Positions 45,991 to 58,684 of a stretch of DNA of 64,000 bases are shown one piece after another. Numbering within the stretch: position 1 is the first letter of the stretch; each line of letters begins with the position of its first letter. The translations under genes and the position numbers were made by a program. The notes beneath the pieces are model-generated. The model saw only the letters and a program-made list of their open reading frames with translations, made no database searches and was not told the origin of the DNA. The stretch covers positions 71,796,001 to 71,860,000 of the forward strand of contig OX597825.1 in NCBI GenBank assembly GCA_951406725.2, written 5' to 3'. Source of the stretch: Octopus vulgaris (taxonomy: Eukaryota).

Positions 45991-46621
45991 GAACAAGATC
46001 CTCATCATGGTCGTCGTCTAATGATTAAAACAAATAAAACGTAAAAGGTAAAAGACAAATTACACACATACACACACACACACATTGAATCGTATGTATT
46101 TTGATGGCGTTCTTTTACGTGTTTATTAATCGAATGCATAGAGAGCGAAAACGCTCTAAACTAGCTCTCACCATCGATCAAAATTCTGTCTAGTAGCGTT
46201 AACCTCTGACAAAATATTAACGTTCTATTTTATATTTTTATTTTATAAGTTATCTGGTTAGTCAACGTATGTTGGATTAGTTTCTTATGCGGTTAATTAA
46301 AGTAATTTAGACAGTACGGGACACATAAAAGATGTAATCCAGGTGGGCAATCATTGAAAATTGACTCAATGAAATGTTTTTGCAATAATAATAATGATAA
46401 TAATAATTCTTTCTCCTCTAGGCACAAGGTGTGCAATTTTGTGGGAGGGGGAAAATCAATTACATCGACTCCAGTGCTTGACTGGTACTTTTTTCATCGA
46501 CCCCCAAGATGATGAAAGGCAAAGTCGACCTCTGCGGAATTTGAAGTCAGAACGTAAAGACCGACGAAATACCAGTTACTATTTCGCCCGGCGTACTAAC
46601 GATTCTGCCAGCTGGCTGCCT

Positions 46622-46802
46622 TATAATAATGATGATGATGATGATGATGATGATAATAATAATAAAAATAATGATAATTATAATAATAATGATGATGATG
46701 ATGATGATAATAATAATAATGATAATAATGATGATGATAATAATAATAAAAATAATGATAATTATAATAATAATGATAATAATAATGATAATAATGATGA
46801 TG

Positions 46803-46839
<37 letters not shown>

Positions 46840-46916
46840 TAATAATAATAATAATAATGATAATAATGATGATGATAATAATAATAATAATAATAATAAT
46901 GATAATAATGATGATG

Positions 46917-46947
<31 letters not shown>

Positions 46948-46979
46948 TAATAATAATAATAATGATAATAATGATGATG

Positions 46980-47016
<37 letters not shown>

Positions 47017-47048
47017 TAATAATAATAATAATGATAATAATGATGATG

Positions 47049-47097
<49 letters not shown>

Positions 47098-47129
47098 TAA
47101 TAATAATAATAATGATAATAATGATGATG

Positions 47130-47194
<65 letters not shown>

Positions 47195-47213
47195 TATTAT
47201 TATTATTATTATA
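46622..47213. repeat. Higher-order (GAT)x(AAT)y trinucleotide array ending in (TAT)n
   Basis: Direct inspection. Confidence 0.95.
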
Positions 47214-47835
47214 ATACAGTTAGGGAAGTGAAGAAAATCAGCAAAAAAATGAGCAACTGGAAGGCCCCGGGACCAGATGGAGTTCAAGGCTACTGCATCA
47301 AAAGATTTGGTGAATGTCATGTGCGAATTACTGCGCAACTCAACACCTTGTTAAATGCCGACCAAACAACACCAAAGTGGTTGACATTGTGCCTGAAAAA
47401 CATCGAAAAAAGGCAATAAGGTAGACAATTACAGGCCGATATCCTGTTTTGCCATTTATGTGGAATGTATTGACTGGAATACTCGCAGAGTCAATGTACG
47501 AACATCTAGAAAAAATGGAGTCCTGCCACACGAGCAGAAGGGTTGCAAGCGTAAGTGCAGAGGTACCAAGGATCAATTCCTGATAGATAAAACTGTATTC
47601 AGAGACTGCAAGAGGAGGAAAACTAAATTAGCCATGTCATGGATTGACTATCGTAAGGCGTACGATATGATCCTACATTCTTGGATTATGGAGTGTATAA
47701 ACCTGTTTGGGATTGCATCGAATGTTGAGCGATTGCTTGGAAAAAATATGACGAATTGGAAAAAGGACTTGACAACGTACGGAAGAAGTTTTGGGACAGT
47801 AGAAATTAGGAAGGGCATCTTATAAGGAGACTGAC
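47213..47835 (+). mobile_element. Dong/R4-clade non-LTR retrotransposon reverse transcriptase fragment
   Basis: NWKAPGPDGVQGY, NYRPISC, EQKGCKRKCRGTKDQFLIDK, WIDYRKAYDMILHSWI and IRKGIL*GD, frameshifted. Abuts an (AAT)n array. Confidence 0.9.
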
Positions 47836-48100
47836 CCAAAACTTTGGTTGGCCTGAGGCAGAAGACACTTGCCCAAGGTGCCACGCAGTGGGACTGAACC
47901 CGAAACCATGTTGTTGGGAAGCAAGCTTCTTAGCATATAGCATATAGCATATAGCCTATGATGATCCTTTCAACTATAGGCCTGAAATTTGGGGGAAGGC
48001 GGCAAGTCGATTCCATCGCCCCCAGTGCGTAAGTGGTTCTTATCGACTTCAGAAAATAAAAGGTAAAGTCGACCTTGATGGAATTTGAACTCAGAAAGTA

Positions 48101-48516
48101 TAGGCGCAGGAGTGGCTGTGTGGTAAGTAGCTTGCTTACCAACCACATGGTCCCGAGTTCAGTACCACTGCGTAGCAACCTTGGGTAAGTTTCTTCTACT
48201 ATAGCCTCGGGCCGACCAAAGGCTTGTGAGTGGATTTGGTAGACGGAAACTGGAAGAAGCCCGTCGTATATATGTATATATGTGTATTTATATGTGTGTA
48301 TATATTTATGTGTCTGTGTTTGTCCCCCCAACATCGCTTGACAACCGATGCTGGTGTGGTTACGTCCCCATAACATAGAGGTTCGGCAAAAGATGCCAAT
48401 AGAATAAGTATTAGGCTTACAAAGAATAAGTCTCGGGGTCGATTTGCTCGACTAAAGGCGGTGCTCCAGCATGGTCGCAGTCAAATGACTGAAACAAGTA
48501 AAAGAGAGTAAAAGAG
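48101..48516 (+). mobile_element. SINE family A
   Basis: Full-length copy. A reverse 5' fragment lies at 47838-47930. Confidence 0.9.
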
Positions 48517-48943
48517 ACGGAAAAAATAATTCATTGCAATAGGCATAAGACCTGAAATTTGTGGGTGAATGTGGGTTTACTCGACTATGTCCGCCCCCAA
48601 ATACACAGCTTGTACTTATTTCGTACATAGTATGAAATAAGATGCCCACCACGGAGGAACTTGAACTCAGAGTGTGGAACTTGAGGAAATGTCGCTGGGC
48701 ATTTCGACAAACACGAAAAAGTTCCTACCAGCTTGTCAACTTCATTTTCTATTGTTTTGCAAGGACAGAAGGACGAAAACTTTCGGTGGGGACTTGTCAA
48801 TATCATGAATTCCAGTATTTCACTGGTTCTGAATTAATCAAGTCGAAATACTTTATTAACAAACAATATTTAATGCATTTGACTTATTTTATTGATGCTG
48901 ACGAGGAAAAAAGAAACTAAACTTCACTTCGTAGTTGGAATTA

Positions 48944-49329
48944 GTGGAGGCGCAATGGCCCAGTGGTTAGGGCAGCGGACTCGCGGTCATAGGATCGCGG
49001 TTTCAATTCCCAGACCGGGCGTTGTGAGTGTTTATTGAGCGAAAACACCTAAAAGCTTCACGAGGCTCCAGCAGGGGATGGTGGTGATCCCTGCTGTATT
49101 CTTTCACCACAACTTTCTCTCACTCTTACTTCCTGTTTCTGTTGTACCTGTATTTCAAGGGGCCGGCCTTGTCACTCTCTGTGTCACGCTGAATATCCCC
49201 GAGAACTATGTTAAGGGTGCACGTGTCTGTGGAGTGCTCAGCCACTTACACGTTTATTTCCCGAGCAGGCTGTTCCGTTGATTCGGATCAACCGGAACCC
49301 TCATCGTCGTAACCGACGGAGTGCTTCCA
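48944..49329 (+). mobile_element. tRNA-derived SINE (body B, tail Z) with 11-bp TSD
   Basis: TSD AGTTGGAATTA at 48933-43 and 49330-40. A-box TGGCCCAGTGG. Confidence 0.9.
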
Positions 49330-49474
49330 AGTTGGAATTAATTCATATAAACGTTTTCAATGTAGCTTGTCGGAAGGAATGAAGATTGAAAGTTCTTGAT
49401 ATTTCGAGCACATGGCTCTTTAGTTCTATATATTTTTAGTTCTAGAATGGAGGTTCCTTTCTCAAACATGAATA

Positions 49475-50460
49475 ATCCTCCTCCTCCTCCTCCTCCTCTT
49501 CCTCACGTTTCACTTCTTTCACTTCCTCCACCATCTTCTGTTCCACTTCTTTCACTTCCTCCTCTTTTACCGCTTTCTCTTTCGCCTCATCCTCCTCTCC
49601 TCCTGTTCCACCTCCTCTCCTACACCCTACTGCTTACTGTTCCACCATTTGTCATCCTTTTCCACCAATTCCTCTTCTTCCTTCTCCTGTTCTATCTCCG
49701 CCACTTCTGCAGCCTTCTGTTTCACCTCTTCTTCTTCTTCTTCTTCTTCTCCTATTCCTCCTCCTCCACCTCTTCTTCTTCATCTCCTTCCTCCACCTCT
49801 TCCCCTCCTCCTCCCTTTCTACCTCTTCTTCTTCTTCTCTTTCCTCTTCTTCTTCTTCTTCTTCTTCTTCTTCTTCCTCCTGTTCCTCCTCTTCTTCGTC
49901 TTCCTCTTCTGCTTCTTCTTTTTTCTCTTCCTCTTCTTTTTTCTTCTTCTTTCTCCTTTTTTCTTCTTCTTGACCCTCCTCCTCTTTCTTCTTTTTATTC
50001 TTTCCCTCCTCCTTCTCCTTCTTTTCTTCTACCTCTTCTTTTTTCCTTTCTCTTCCCCTACTGTTCCACATCCTCTTTTTCTTCCCCTTCTATCTACTCC
50101 TCTTTCTCATCCTCTTCTTCTGCTTCTCCTCCTCCCCATCGTCTCCTCCATCCTCTCCCCATCCCTTCATCCCCTCACTTCTTCTCCTCTTCCTCCTCCT
50201 CCCATCTTTTATTCTTTTTATTCCTTCCCTCCTCCTTCTTCTCTACCTCTTCTTCTTTTCTCCTTCTTCTTCTTCCCCTACTGTTCCACATCCTCTTTTT
50301 CTTCCCCTTCCATCTACTCCTCTTTCTCTTCCTTTTCTTCTCTTCCGCTTCCTCCCCATCCCCTCCACCATCCCTACCTCCATTCCTTCCTTGTCCATCC
50401 CCTTGTCCATACCCTCCATCTCCTATTTCTCTTCCCCGAATTCCTCTACTACGTCTCTCT
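49475..50460. repeat. ~1-kb polypyrimidine low-complexity tract
   Basis: CTT/CCT-rich, with an internal ~55-bp duplication (50053, 50272). Comparable tracts at 12010-12500 (purine) and 15090-15380. Confidence 0.9.
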
Positions 50461-50497
50461 CCTTATACTATCTTCCGTTTACTGTTTGCCTACTCAG

Positions 50498-50565
50498 GCC
50501 ACCACCAGTTTTGTTCAGATCCCGCTGATCCACGCAGTATTTCACATAGCAATGCTAGTCTATAA
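50498..50565 (+). CDS. Possible alternative C-terminal exon (GHHQFCSDPADPRSISHSNASL*)
   Basis: Acceptor tgtttgcctactcAG after a ~1 kb pyrimidine tract. Phase-1 reading ends at TAA 50563-50565. Donor-like TTG|GTAGGT after 50623. Confidence 0.25.
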
Positions 50566-50973
50566 TAATAGACTAGAATAGCTTTATCCCAAATTTGCCA
50601 GTCGTTATTAGCGATATATCTTGGTAGGTGTGTTGCTAGATCACGTATTTACAAATATACCTGTAGCTCCACCCTTTAATTATTTCCTCTGTATACAAGT
50701 AACGTTAGGCGTGGGGCGATAATCAGTAATGTGCCGGATTAAATAACTTGCAATATTAATTTACGCCTCTGATCGTTTTGAATCCAAACACTGTTGAGAT
50801 CGATATTGCCTTTTATCCTTCTTGGGCAGATAAAATAAAATACCAGTCAAGTACCAGTCATATACAGGGTCTGGGTGTTTAAAACCACGCTCTTCCCCAA
50901 ATTGCATGACCTTGTGCTAAAGTTAGAAATAATAATGATAACAACAATAACAACAGCAATAATAATAATGATG

Positions 50974-51067
<94 letters not shown>

Positions 51068-51139
51068 CACCACCACCACCATATACCACAACCACCACCA
51101 CATACCACAACCACCACCACATACCACAACAACCACCAC

Positions 51140-51179
<40 letters not shown>

Positions 51180-51199
51180 TCATCAAGCTTCTATATGCT

Positions 51200-51910
51200 A
51201 ATTTAAATATTAGGAATGTTGTATTGCAGTTTGGTAACAGCGAGTCTCCGCAAATCTCAAGAAATTTTCTTAGGGTTCTTGCAGAATATAAGATAATACA
51301 TTTCTGCAGGTGAACAATGCGAGTTTCAATTCCAATAGCTTCTCATAGTCTATCGCAACTTCTGGTTCGTAATCATACCATTTTCCTGTTACTTCGAACT
51401 CACGCACTCGTCTAACATCCCAATGCAATCGTTTACCTATACATTCATGCCTGCGCTTATTTTCGTTTTCTACTAGCTCACTGCACTCAAAAAGTGATAA
51501 TTGATACTTTCATCTCCTTCCCTACACATTCTGTGTTTGCTGTCTGACTGGCTTTGTCGATCTTCGCCTTTATGACATCCGTCCTAACGTCTCGTTCCTG
51601 AATATCTATAAGTAGCGCTTCGGTTTTTCGTTTCAAGTTTCCGTCCGTCAGTCATAGCAAGCGTTCTTTACTTCCAGTATCCTCCACGACTTGCGGTATG
51701 AATTGGTAATTGGCCATGTAATTCCATTTTTTCCTATCTGCGTGTTTTTCCGTGCCTTCTTGAATTCTATTGTTTCAGTAATTATTTGGGTATTTCTAGC
51801 TGCCCATAGTATTCTTTCCTCACTCCGCATGACATAATTTTTCAATCCCAATAGCGCAGTACTAACAATGTTTACTGCGTTTAGTAATCCTCTGCCTCAT
51901 TCCTTTCTTG
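51200..51910 (-). mobile_element. Dong/R4-clade non-LTR retrotransposon 3' fragment (zinc knuckle and endonuclease flanks, internally deleted)
   Basis: Minus strand gives RGLL.., KHRMCREGDESINYH, CSELVENENKRRHECIGKRLHWD..KWYDYEP and LQKCIILYSARTLRKFLE. Confidence 0.85.
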
Positions 51911-51969
51911 ATAGGCAGTCTCTCGGTAACCCTTATAGGGTGGTGTGTTTTGTGCATTGTGAGCAGAAG

Positions 51970-52008
<39 letters not shown>

Positions 52009-52014
<6 letters not shown>

Positions 52015-52388
52015 TCAATATAGGGTAGCAAAAAAATTCAGCAGAAATTATTTTGCTACCAGCGGTCTAGTGAGAAAAAAGGAAATAGTCAGAGACTATT
52101 TATAAATTCAACCGAACGGAGTTGCTGCGATAAATTGGCGCGAGTACGATGATTTTGAAAATTTTAGGTTAGATATTGCCGAAGCGGTAGTGGTGCTGCC
52201 TCGTGTAAATATCTCTCCCTCCTGGCTTACTTTACTGATGAATCTGTTGGCCTATGGAAGATTAGCTTGATTTAATTTAATCAGGCTGATTTACCATTAA
52301 AAAACGATGAAACAATGCATTGTATAAAGTGAAACAGGGTAAATGTTTTTTTAATTTTCTCCTGATTTACGGAATTACTATAATTTTG

Positions 52389-52390
<2 letters not shown>
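52009..52390 (+). mobile_element. ~380-bp hammerhead-bearing element (Penelope pLTR-like or retrozyme-like) inserted in (TA)n
   Basis: Unique block bounded on both sides by (TA)n runs, containing the 52227-52332 ribozyme. No coding capacity seen. Confidence 0.5.
52227..52332 (+). ncRNA. Type I hammerhead ribozyme, canonical core
   Basis: Stem I TTACTTTA(52227-34)/TAAAGTGA(52325-32). Core CTGATGA(52235-41). Stem II closed by ATC/GAT with a long hairpin extension. GAAA(52309-12). Palindromic stem III ACAATGCATTGT. GUA cleavage triplet 52322-24. Confidence 0.85.
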
Positions 52391-52439
<49 letters not shown>

Positions 52440-52972
52440 ATGGCGGTGCCCCAGCATGGCCACAGCTCATTAGCTGAAACTGGAAAAATCAAAAATCAAA
52501 ATCATGTATATGTAAAAAAATACAAACTGGGACAAGAACGCAAACCATTTAGAAGACGATACAAAAAACATGGACGGGACATTCGAAGCCTTCAATCTTC
52601 AGTCAAGAACCGGATCATCCTCGCAATTTCGGTTGATTAATCTTGTATTACACGTCCACACATATGTGTGCGTGTTGGCGCTTGACTGCGAGTCTGTTCG
52701 TATGTATATATGTGTGTGTGTGTGTCTGTGCGTGTGTATTTGTGTGTATGTGAGTGTGTCCGTGTGTGTGTATGTGTATGTGTGTGTATGTGCGCACGTA
52801 TATGTGTATTTGTGTATGTGTTTGTGTGTATATATATTCGTGCGTGCATACACAGACACATAGACAGACAGACACATACACACACACATACACATATATG
52901 CATACATGTATTTATAAAAGTGTATGCATATATAGGAAGATGTGTGGATGGATAGATAAATTAGACAAACAC

Positions 52973-53032
<60 letters not shown>

Positions 53033-53455
53033 TGAGAGAGAGAAAGACAGGCAGACAAATAGATATATAGATACAGACATGTGCTGGAATGTTTGTGTGT
53101 CTATGTGTGTGTGTGTGTGTGTGTGTGTATGTTTGCTCGTCTGTATATATATATATATATATATATTTGTGAGTTATATATACCATTTGTGAGTTAAGGC
53201 TACCATTGGTTTCGCGTTGAGAAAAATAGGAAAACATTATTGTGTCAGCAATTTTTCAATTTTTCAGGTCGATCACACGGAGAAAGGTCTCCATGTGTGC
53301 GTGTGTCTATGTATACATATACTTACATTCGATATACACACACACACGGACAGACATGTATGAATAGAACATGCTTGTTTATATGTGTAAGGTTATGCAT
53401 GTCCATGCATATGTATTTAAGCCTGTAAGTGCATGGATGGATATTTGTGTAAGTG

Positions 53456-53530
<75 letters not shown>

Positions 53531-53801
53531 CGTGTGCATGCACATACGTGTGTGCACTGTCTATTAACCCCAAAGTACTTAATGAAATACAATGAAACTC
53601 ATTTAGTGTAAAGAGAAAATACAAAACACCAAAGCATAAAAATAAAAAATAATACAAAACAAAAAAAACATACATAAAAATATAAAATGAAACGAATAAA
53701 TTTTACAAAAGGGTGTGTGAAGCAATCTGGGAGGTGGATCAGTGGCCACCACCCCATGGGGGTCTGCCCTTATTTTAATTTTCCTTCTTCACATCAATAA
53801 G

Positions 53802-53821
53802 CTGAGCTTGTTGGGTGTTAA
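53802..53821 (+). CDS. Possible alternative short C-terminal exon (AELVGC*)
   Basis: Pyrimidine tract ttttaattttccttcttcacatcaatAAG. Phase-1 reading stops at TAA 53819-53821. Consensus donor ACA|GTGAGT after 53841. Confidence 0.2.
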
Positions 53822-53877
53822 TAGACGAATGAATGAATACAGTGAGTAGGCGATCCCCTATAATTAAGGGGTATACA

Positions 53878-53908
<31 letters not shown>

Positions 53909-54295
53909 TTATTTTCTATCGTGTTTTGGTCGTCTGACGGCTGGTGGTGGTCTTAGTGGGTTGGTGATGGTGGTGCAATGGTTGTGGTGATAGTGATGTT
54001 GGTGGTATTAATAGCGTATAATCCATTAAATCGGGGGATTTGCGTAGACCAAAATAAAGAAAGAAAAGAAAAGAAAAGAAAAGAAAAGTAAAAATGCAGA
54101 GCGATAGAGTATTAATTCGCTAAATATGGAGAGAAGAGAGAGAGAGAGAAAGAGAGGGACAGAGAGAAAGAAGAGAGAGAGAGAGAGAGAGAAAGAGAGG
54201 GGCAGAGAGAAAGAAGAGAGAGAAGGAGAATGGAGGAGGAAGAGGATTCAGGACAGACGAAATAGTAACATAGTGAGTGTGTATGCATGAACATG

Positions 54296-54389
<94 letters not shown>

Positions 54390-54847
54390 CATGTAAAGTA
54401 AATACATACAAATGAATGTATTATTATGTGAGTGTGTGTGTATATATATATACACATATATGCACATACATATAAATGTATGCATTATTTTGTAAATATA
54501 TATATATATATATAAACTTGTACTGTTTATTAGTCGTAAGACACCCGCTGTTTTTGTCCTGTTTTTACCATTATTGGTTTTTGTATTTTATATTCGTGCG
54601 GCATCGTCCGTTTTTCTGTCCCTATTTCGTATACATTCGATCCTTCTTCCAAGAAATCTAATGCTCGTAGATTAGTTTTTCCCAGAGCGATCTCAAGATT
54701 AATCAGCCGAAATTGCTACGATGATCCGGTTCTTGACTGAAGATTGAAGGCTTCAAATGTCCCGTCCGTGTTTTTTGTATCGTCTTCTAAATGTTTTACG
54801 TTCTTGTCCCAGTTTGTATTTTTCTACATAAAATAATATATACATAT

Positions 54848-54950
<103 letters not shown>

Positions 54951-55117
54951 TAGATAGATAGATAGATACACATATATACACACACACAGTTATAAAATAA
55001 TGCATATGAATATATTAAATGTATGTATTATTCTTTAGGTATATATATATGTATGTGTGTGTGTATATATATATATATAAACATATATGTACATATATAT
55101 GTATGTATGTACATATG

Positions 55118-55198
<81 letters not shown>

Positions 55199-55890
55199 GT
55201 ATATATGCTGTAGAAATTTGCCTAAGAGACCACTATTGATAGTATGAAGCAATCTAATTCTGAAGGAGATTGAAAAGGTAACACCTTAAACTTGACCGTT
55301 GTATTTTCCTGCATTGCAATTGCAGCTGCTGTTCTAACCGCCCTTCAGGACTGCTTTCGGAAGACGCTGATTTGAAAGAGATTTGACTGTCATTTCTAGC
55401 GTGCGTATATATATATGTATATGTGCGTATGCATATATGTATGCATACATACATAAATCTACCTTACGTTCGGTTCTAATTTACTTAATCTAGAATTTAA
55501 TATCTTTAAAAACTGAAAATTGCGAAGTACTCGAAACTGGAGAAAAAACAAAAAATAGAAAAAATTTGTGCTTCCAGTTCTTAAAAGCTGTCAGATTGAA
55601 TATCTATCGCCCAATCTGGGTAACCCTGTTATATCGTTCTAAATTGATATACAATATACGATTTAGTTGGGAGAAAAAAAAAAGGAGAAAAAAGAAAACG
55701 GAGCGATCGTCCAATCACGTTATAGAGTATTAAACGTTCATAAAACGATGAATGTGTTGATTCGATAACTTAAATAGTTTTGCTTGTCAGACATACAAAC
55801 ATTTAAGACGTTGTTATATGATAGCCACGATATTGTTGTTAAGCAGGTCAGATCCAAAGAGTTACATTGCTTGTGTTACAAGTGTTATAC

Positions 55891-56000
<110 letters not shown>

Positions 56001-56211
56001 GCCTGTTGATATGCGTGGGTGTCTTTGTGTATGTAGGTGTCAATGTGTATGCACGCATTTAGCTGCGTTCAGATAAACTTCTACTCAAGCATAGAATATG
56101 CATATATGCATAAATACTATGCATGTATACATATCTATCTATCTATTTATGCATGGTATATAGATATATACATATATATGTGTGTGTATACATATGTATA
56201 TGCATACATAC

Positions 56212-56264
<53 letters not shown>

Positions 56265-56267
<3 letters not shown>

Positions 56268-56455
56268 GAAATGGTAAGACAACAAAAGAATGAAAGGGAC
56301 ATCGATACTATGTAAATAGAGGAATTTATCTGTAAATATATGTGACAATTATTCCGTAGCCTGGCCCGATAACTGAAGAGATGCCGGCGTGGGTTTCCGC
56401 CCCGACATCCGAAACTCGGAGTTTTATCATGGCCACCGAATAATTATCACATATC
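56265..56455 (+). mobile_element. Hammerhead-bearing element with inverted duplicate of its 3' end (Penelope-like)
   Basis: atatgtgacaattattccgtagcc (56338-61) is a near reverse complement of ggccaccgaataattatcacatat (56431-54). Flanked by (TA)n and (CA)n. Confidence 0.5.
56368..56428 (+). ncRNA. Type I hammerhead ribozyme, near-canonical
   Basis: Stem I GATAA/TTATC. CTGAAGA(56373-79). Stem II GATG-C-CGG.../...CCG-A-CATC with one extra C before GAAA(56411-14). Stem III ACT-CGG-AGT. GUU triplet 56421-23. Confidence 0.65.
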
Positions 56456-56457
56456 AT

Positions 56458-56498
<41 letters not shown>

Positions 56499-56502
56499 TA
56501 TA

Positions 56503-56669
56503 TATACGACGGGCTTCTTTCAGTTACCGTCTATCAAATCCACTCGCAAGGCTTTGGTCGGCCCGAGGCTATAGTAGAAGACACTTGCCCAAGGTGCTAC
56601 GCAGTGGGACTGAACCCGGAAACATGTGGTTCGTAAGCAAGCTTCTTACCACACACCCACACCTGCGCC
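56503..56669 (-). mobile_element. SINE family A, 5' half
   Basis: acgacgggcttctttcag...cctgcgcct. Other partial copies at 13770-13935, 26870-26960, 32583-32735, 34783-34990 and 39775-39925. Confidence 0.85.
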
Positions 56670-56741
56670 TATATATACACACACATATATATAATACACA
56701 CATATATATATATATATACACACATATATATAATACATATA

Positions 56742-56965
56742 TAGTTTGGCCATGGGCTCTTAGGAGCCTAGTTCGATTTGTTTTGCTCCGCCTCTGTTCT
56801 GTTTTTGTTTTTTCCAACGGATTTCCTATTTCTTCCTGAAGAGAAAGACACAATATGGTCTCATTATTCAATCGGAATTTGGTAAATTGTGCCTTTCGAA
56901 AAACGTGTAGAATGAAATAAAACGATTTCTGTTCAATCTTCGTTCAACTCCATTTCTTCAATTCA

Positions 56966-56970
<5 letters not shown>
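56742..56970 (+). mobile_element. ~230-bp hammerhead-bearing element between TA-rich runs
   Basis: Unique block bounded by TA microsatellite, containing the 56827-56919 ribozyme. Confidence 0.45.
56827..56919 (+). ncRNA. Type I hammerhead ribozyme, near-canonical
   Basis: Stem I TATTTCTTC/GAA-T-GAAATA. CTGAAGA(56836-42). Stem II GAAAG-A-CACAAT/ATTGTG-C-CTTTC. GAAA(56898-901). Stem III AAACGTGT, one change from palindrome ACACGTGT. GUA triplet 56907-09. Confidence 0.7.
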
Positions 56971-57022
<52 letters not shown>

Positions 57023-57065
57023 TCATATATTTGTTTATATATATATATATATATACATACATACA

Positions 57066-57155
<90 letters not shown>

Positions 57156-57935
57156 TACATATATGTAATATCTACTTATCAGCTTGTGTTTCCATATAGA
57201 TATATAAATAAAAACACACATGCACACTCACACTCGCACGCACATACACACGCGTACGTGTGTATGCGTGCGTGTGTGTTTGTCTTCGTGTGAGTGCGTT
57301 AGTGCGACTGAATATGTGTGTGTGTGTGTGTGTGTTTGTGTGTGTATATTAAATGAAGATATCTACCACAATAATTAAAGAAGGAAAATAAGGAAACTGA
57401 TACATAATAAGCACAATTTATTGTATTCGGTTCAGGCGTAGTTTAAGAGGCATTCATCTCCATAGGCGTTTATAGATATCGCTCAAGTTACTTCCATTAC
57501 AATGCACAATGGCATAAGTGTCATATGAAAACAGTTTTCACAGTTACACGTTAATTAAATATCAAAAACTCAAAAGAAAAAAGTAATCGATTTACGATGC
57601 GAATTCGGCTTTAGGATTTCCGAGTAGAAACGCCCTATGCACAAAAGGGGTGGGTTCTGTAAAAAAAAGTAATTGAAAAATTAAAAACGGAACGAAAAAT
57701 AAATATTTAGAGGAATAGAAATATGGAAAGGAATAAAGAATACAAAAATAATTAACAAATTGATCTTAACACGAGTTGAAAGTGGTATGGAGTTAACAGT
57801 GTAAAGATGCATTACAGCGTTACTACTCCATGTCTCCATAAAGCGCGCGCGCGCCACATGCTCTCCCCCCTCTCTCTCTCTCTCACACGCATATGTTTGT
57901 ATGTACATTAATATATATATATGCTTATGTATGTG

Positions 57936-57966
<31 letters not shown>

Positions 57967-58018
57967 GCTTATGTATGCATGTATATATATATATATATAT
58001 ATATATGCTTATATATGC

Positions 58019-58068
<50 letters not shown>

Positions 58069-58260
58069 ATTAAGCAGCCGAAATTGCGAGGATGATCCGG
58101 TTCTTGACTGAAGATTGAAGGCTTCGAATGTCCCGTCAGTGTTTTTTGTATCGTCTTCTAAATGTTTTACGTTCTTGTCCCAGTTTGTATTTTTCTACAT
58201 ATAATATATATATATATGCTTATGTATGTATGTATATATATATATATATATATATGTATA

Positions 58261-58305
<45 letters not shown>

Positions 58306-58307
<2 letters not shown>

Positions 58308-58545
58308 GTGTGAAGGCACTTGGCTTAGTGGTTAAGGTGTTGCACTCACGACTGCGAGATCGTGGGTTCGATTACCAGACCAGGCGTTGTGTTGTGCTCT
58401 TGAGCGAAGCACTTCATTTCAGTTGCTTTGCGATCATTTCGACATCTGACCTGTGGCACCCGTTGCACCTGTACAGGTGATATCGATCGATAGGACAGAG
58501 TGAGCTTATGTCTATACAAACTTTTGATCACTATAAACAAACGAC
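58306..58545 (+). mobile_element. tRNA-derived CORE-type SINE with a different tail
   Basis: TGGCTTAGTGG, GGTTCGATTAC, gtgctcttgagcgaagcacttcatttc. Confidence 0.75.
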
Positions 58546-58621
58546 TTCAGTACTTTTTAAAGCTAGTACTTATTTTATTAGTTTGTTTATATAGATACAC
58601 ACACACACACATGTGTGTATG

Positions 58622-58684
<63 letters not shown>

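Noticed and set aside
46394-47419. 341-aa N/D-rich ORF fused to RT sequence
   Set aside because: Chance read-through of a SINE, the (AAT/GAT)n array and a frameshifted Dong fragment.
49396-50565. 389-aa Pro/Ser/Leu/Phe-rich ORF
   Set aside because: Polypyrimidine tract cannot encode stops. Only the last 22 codons are kept as a weak exon candidate.
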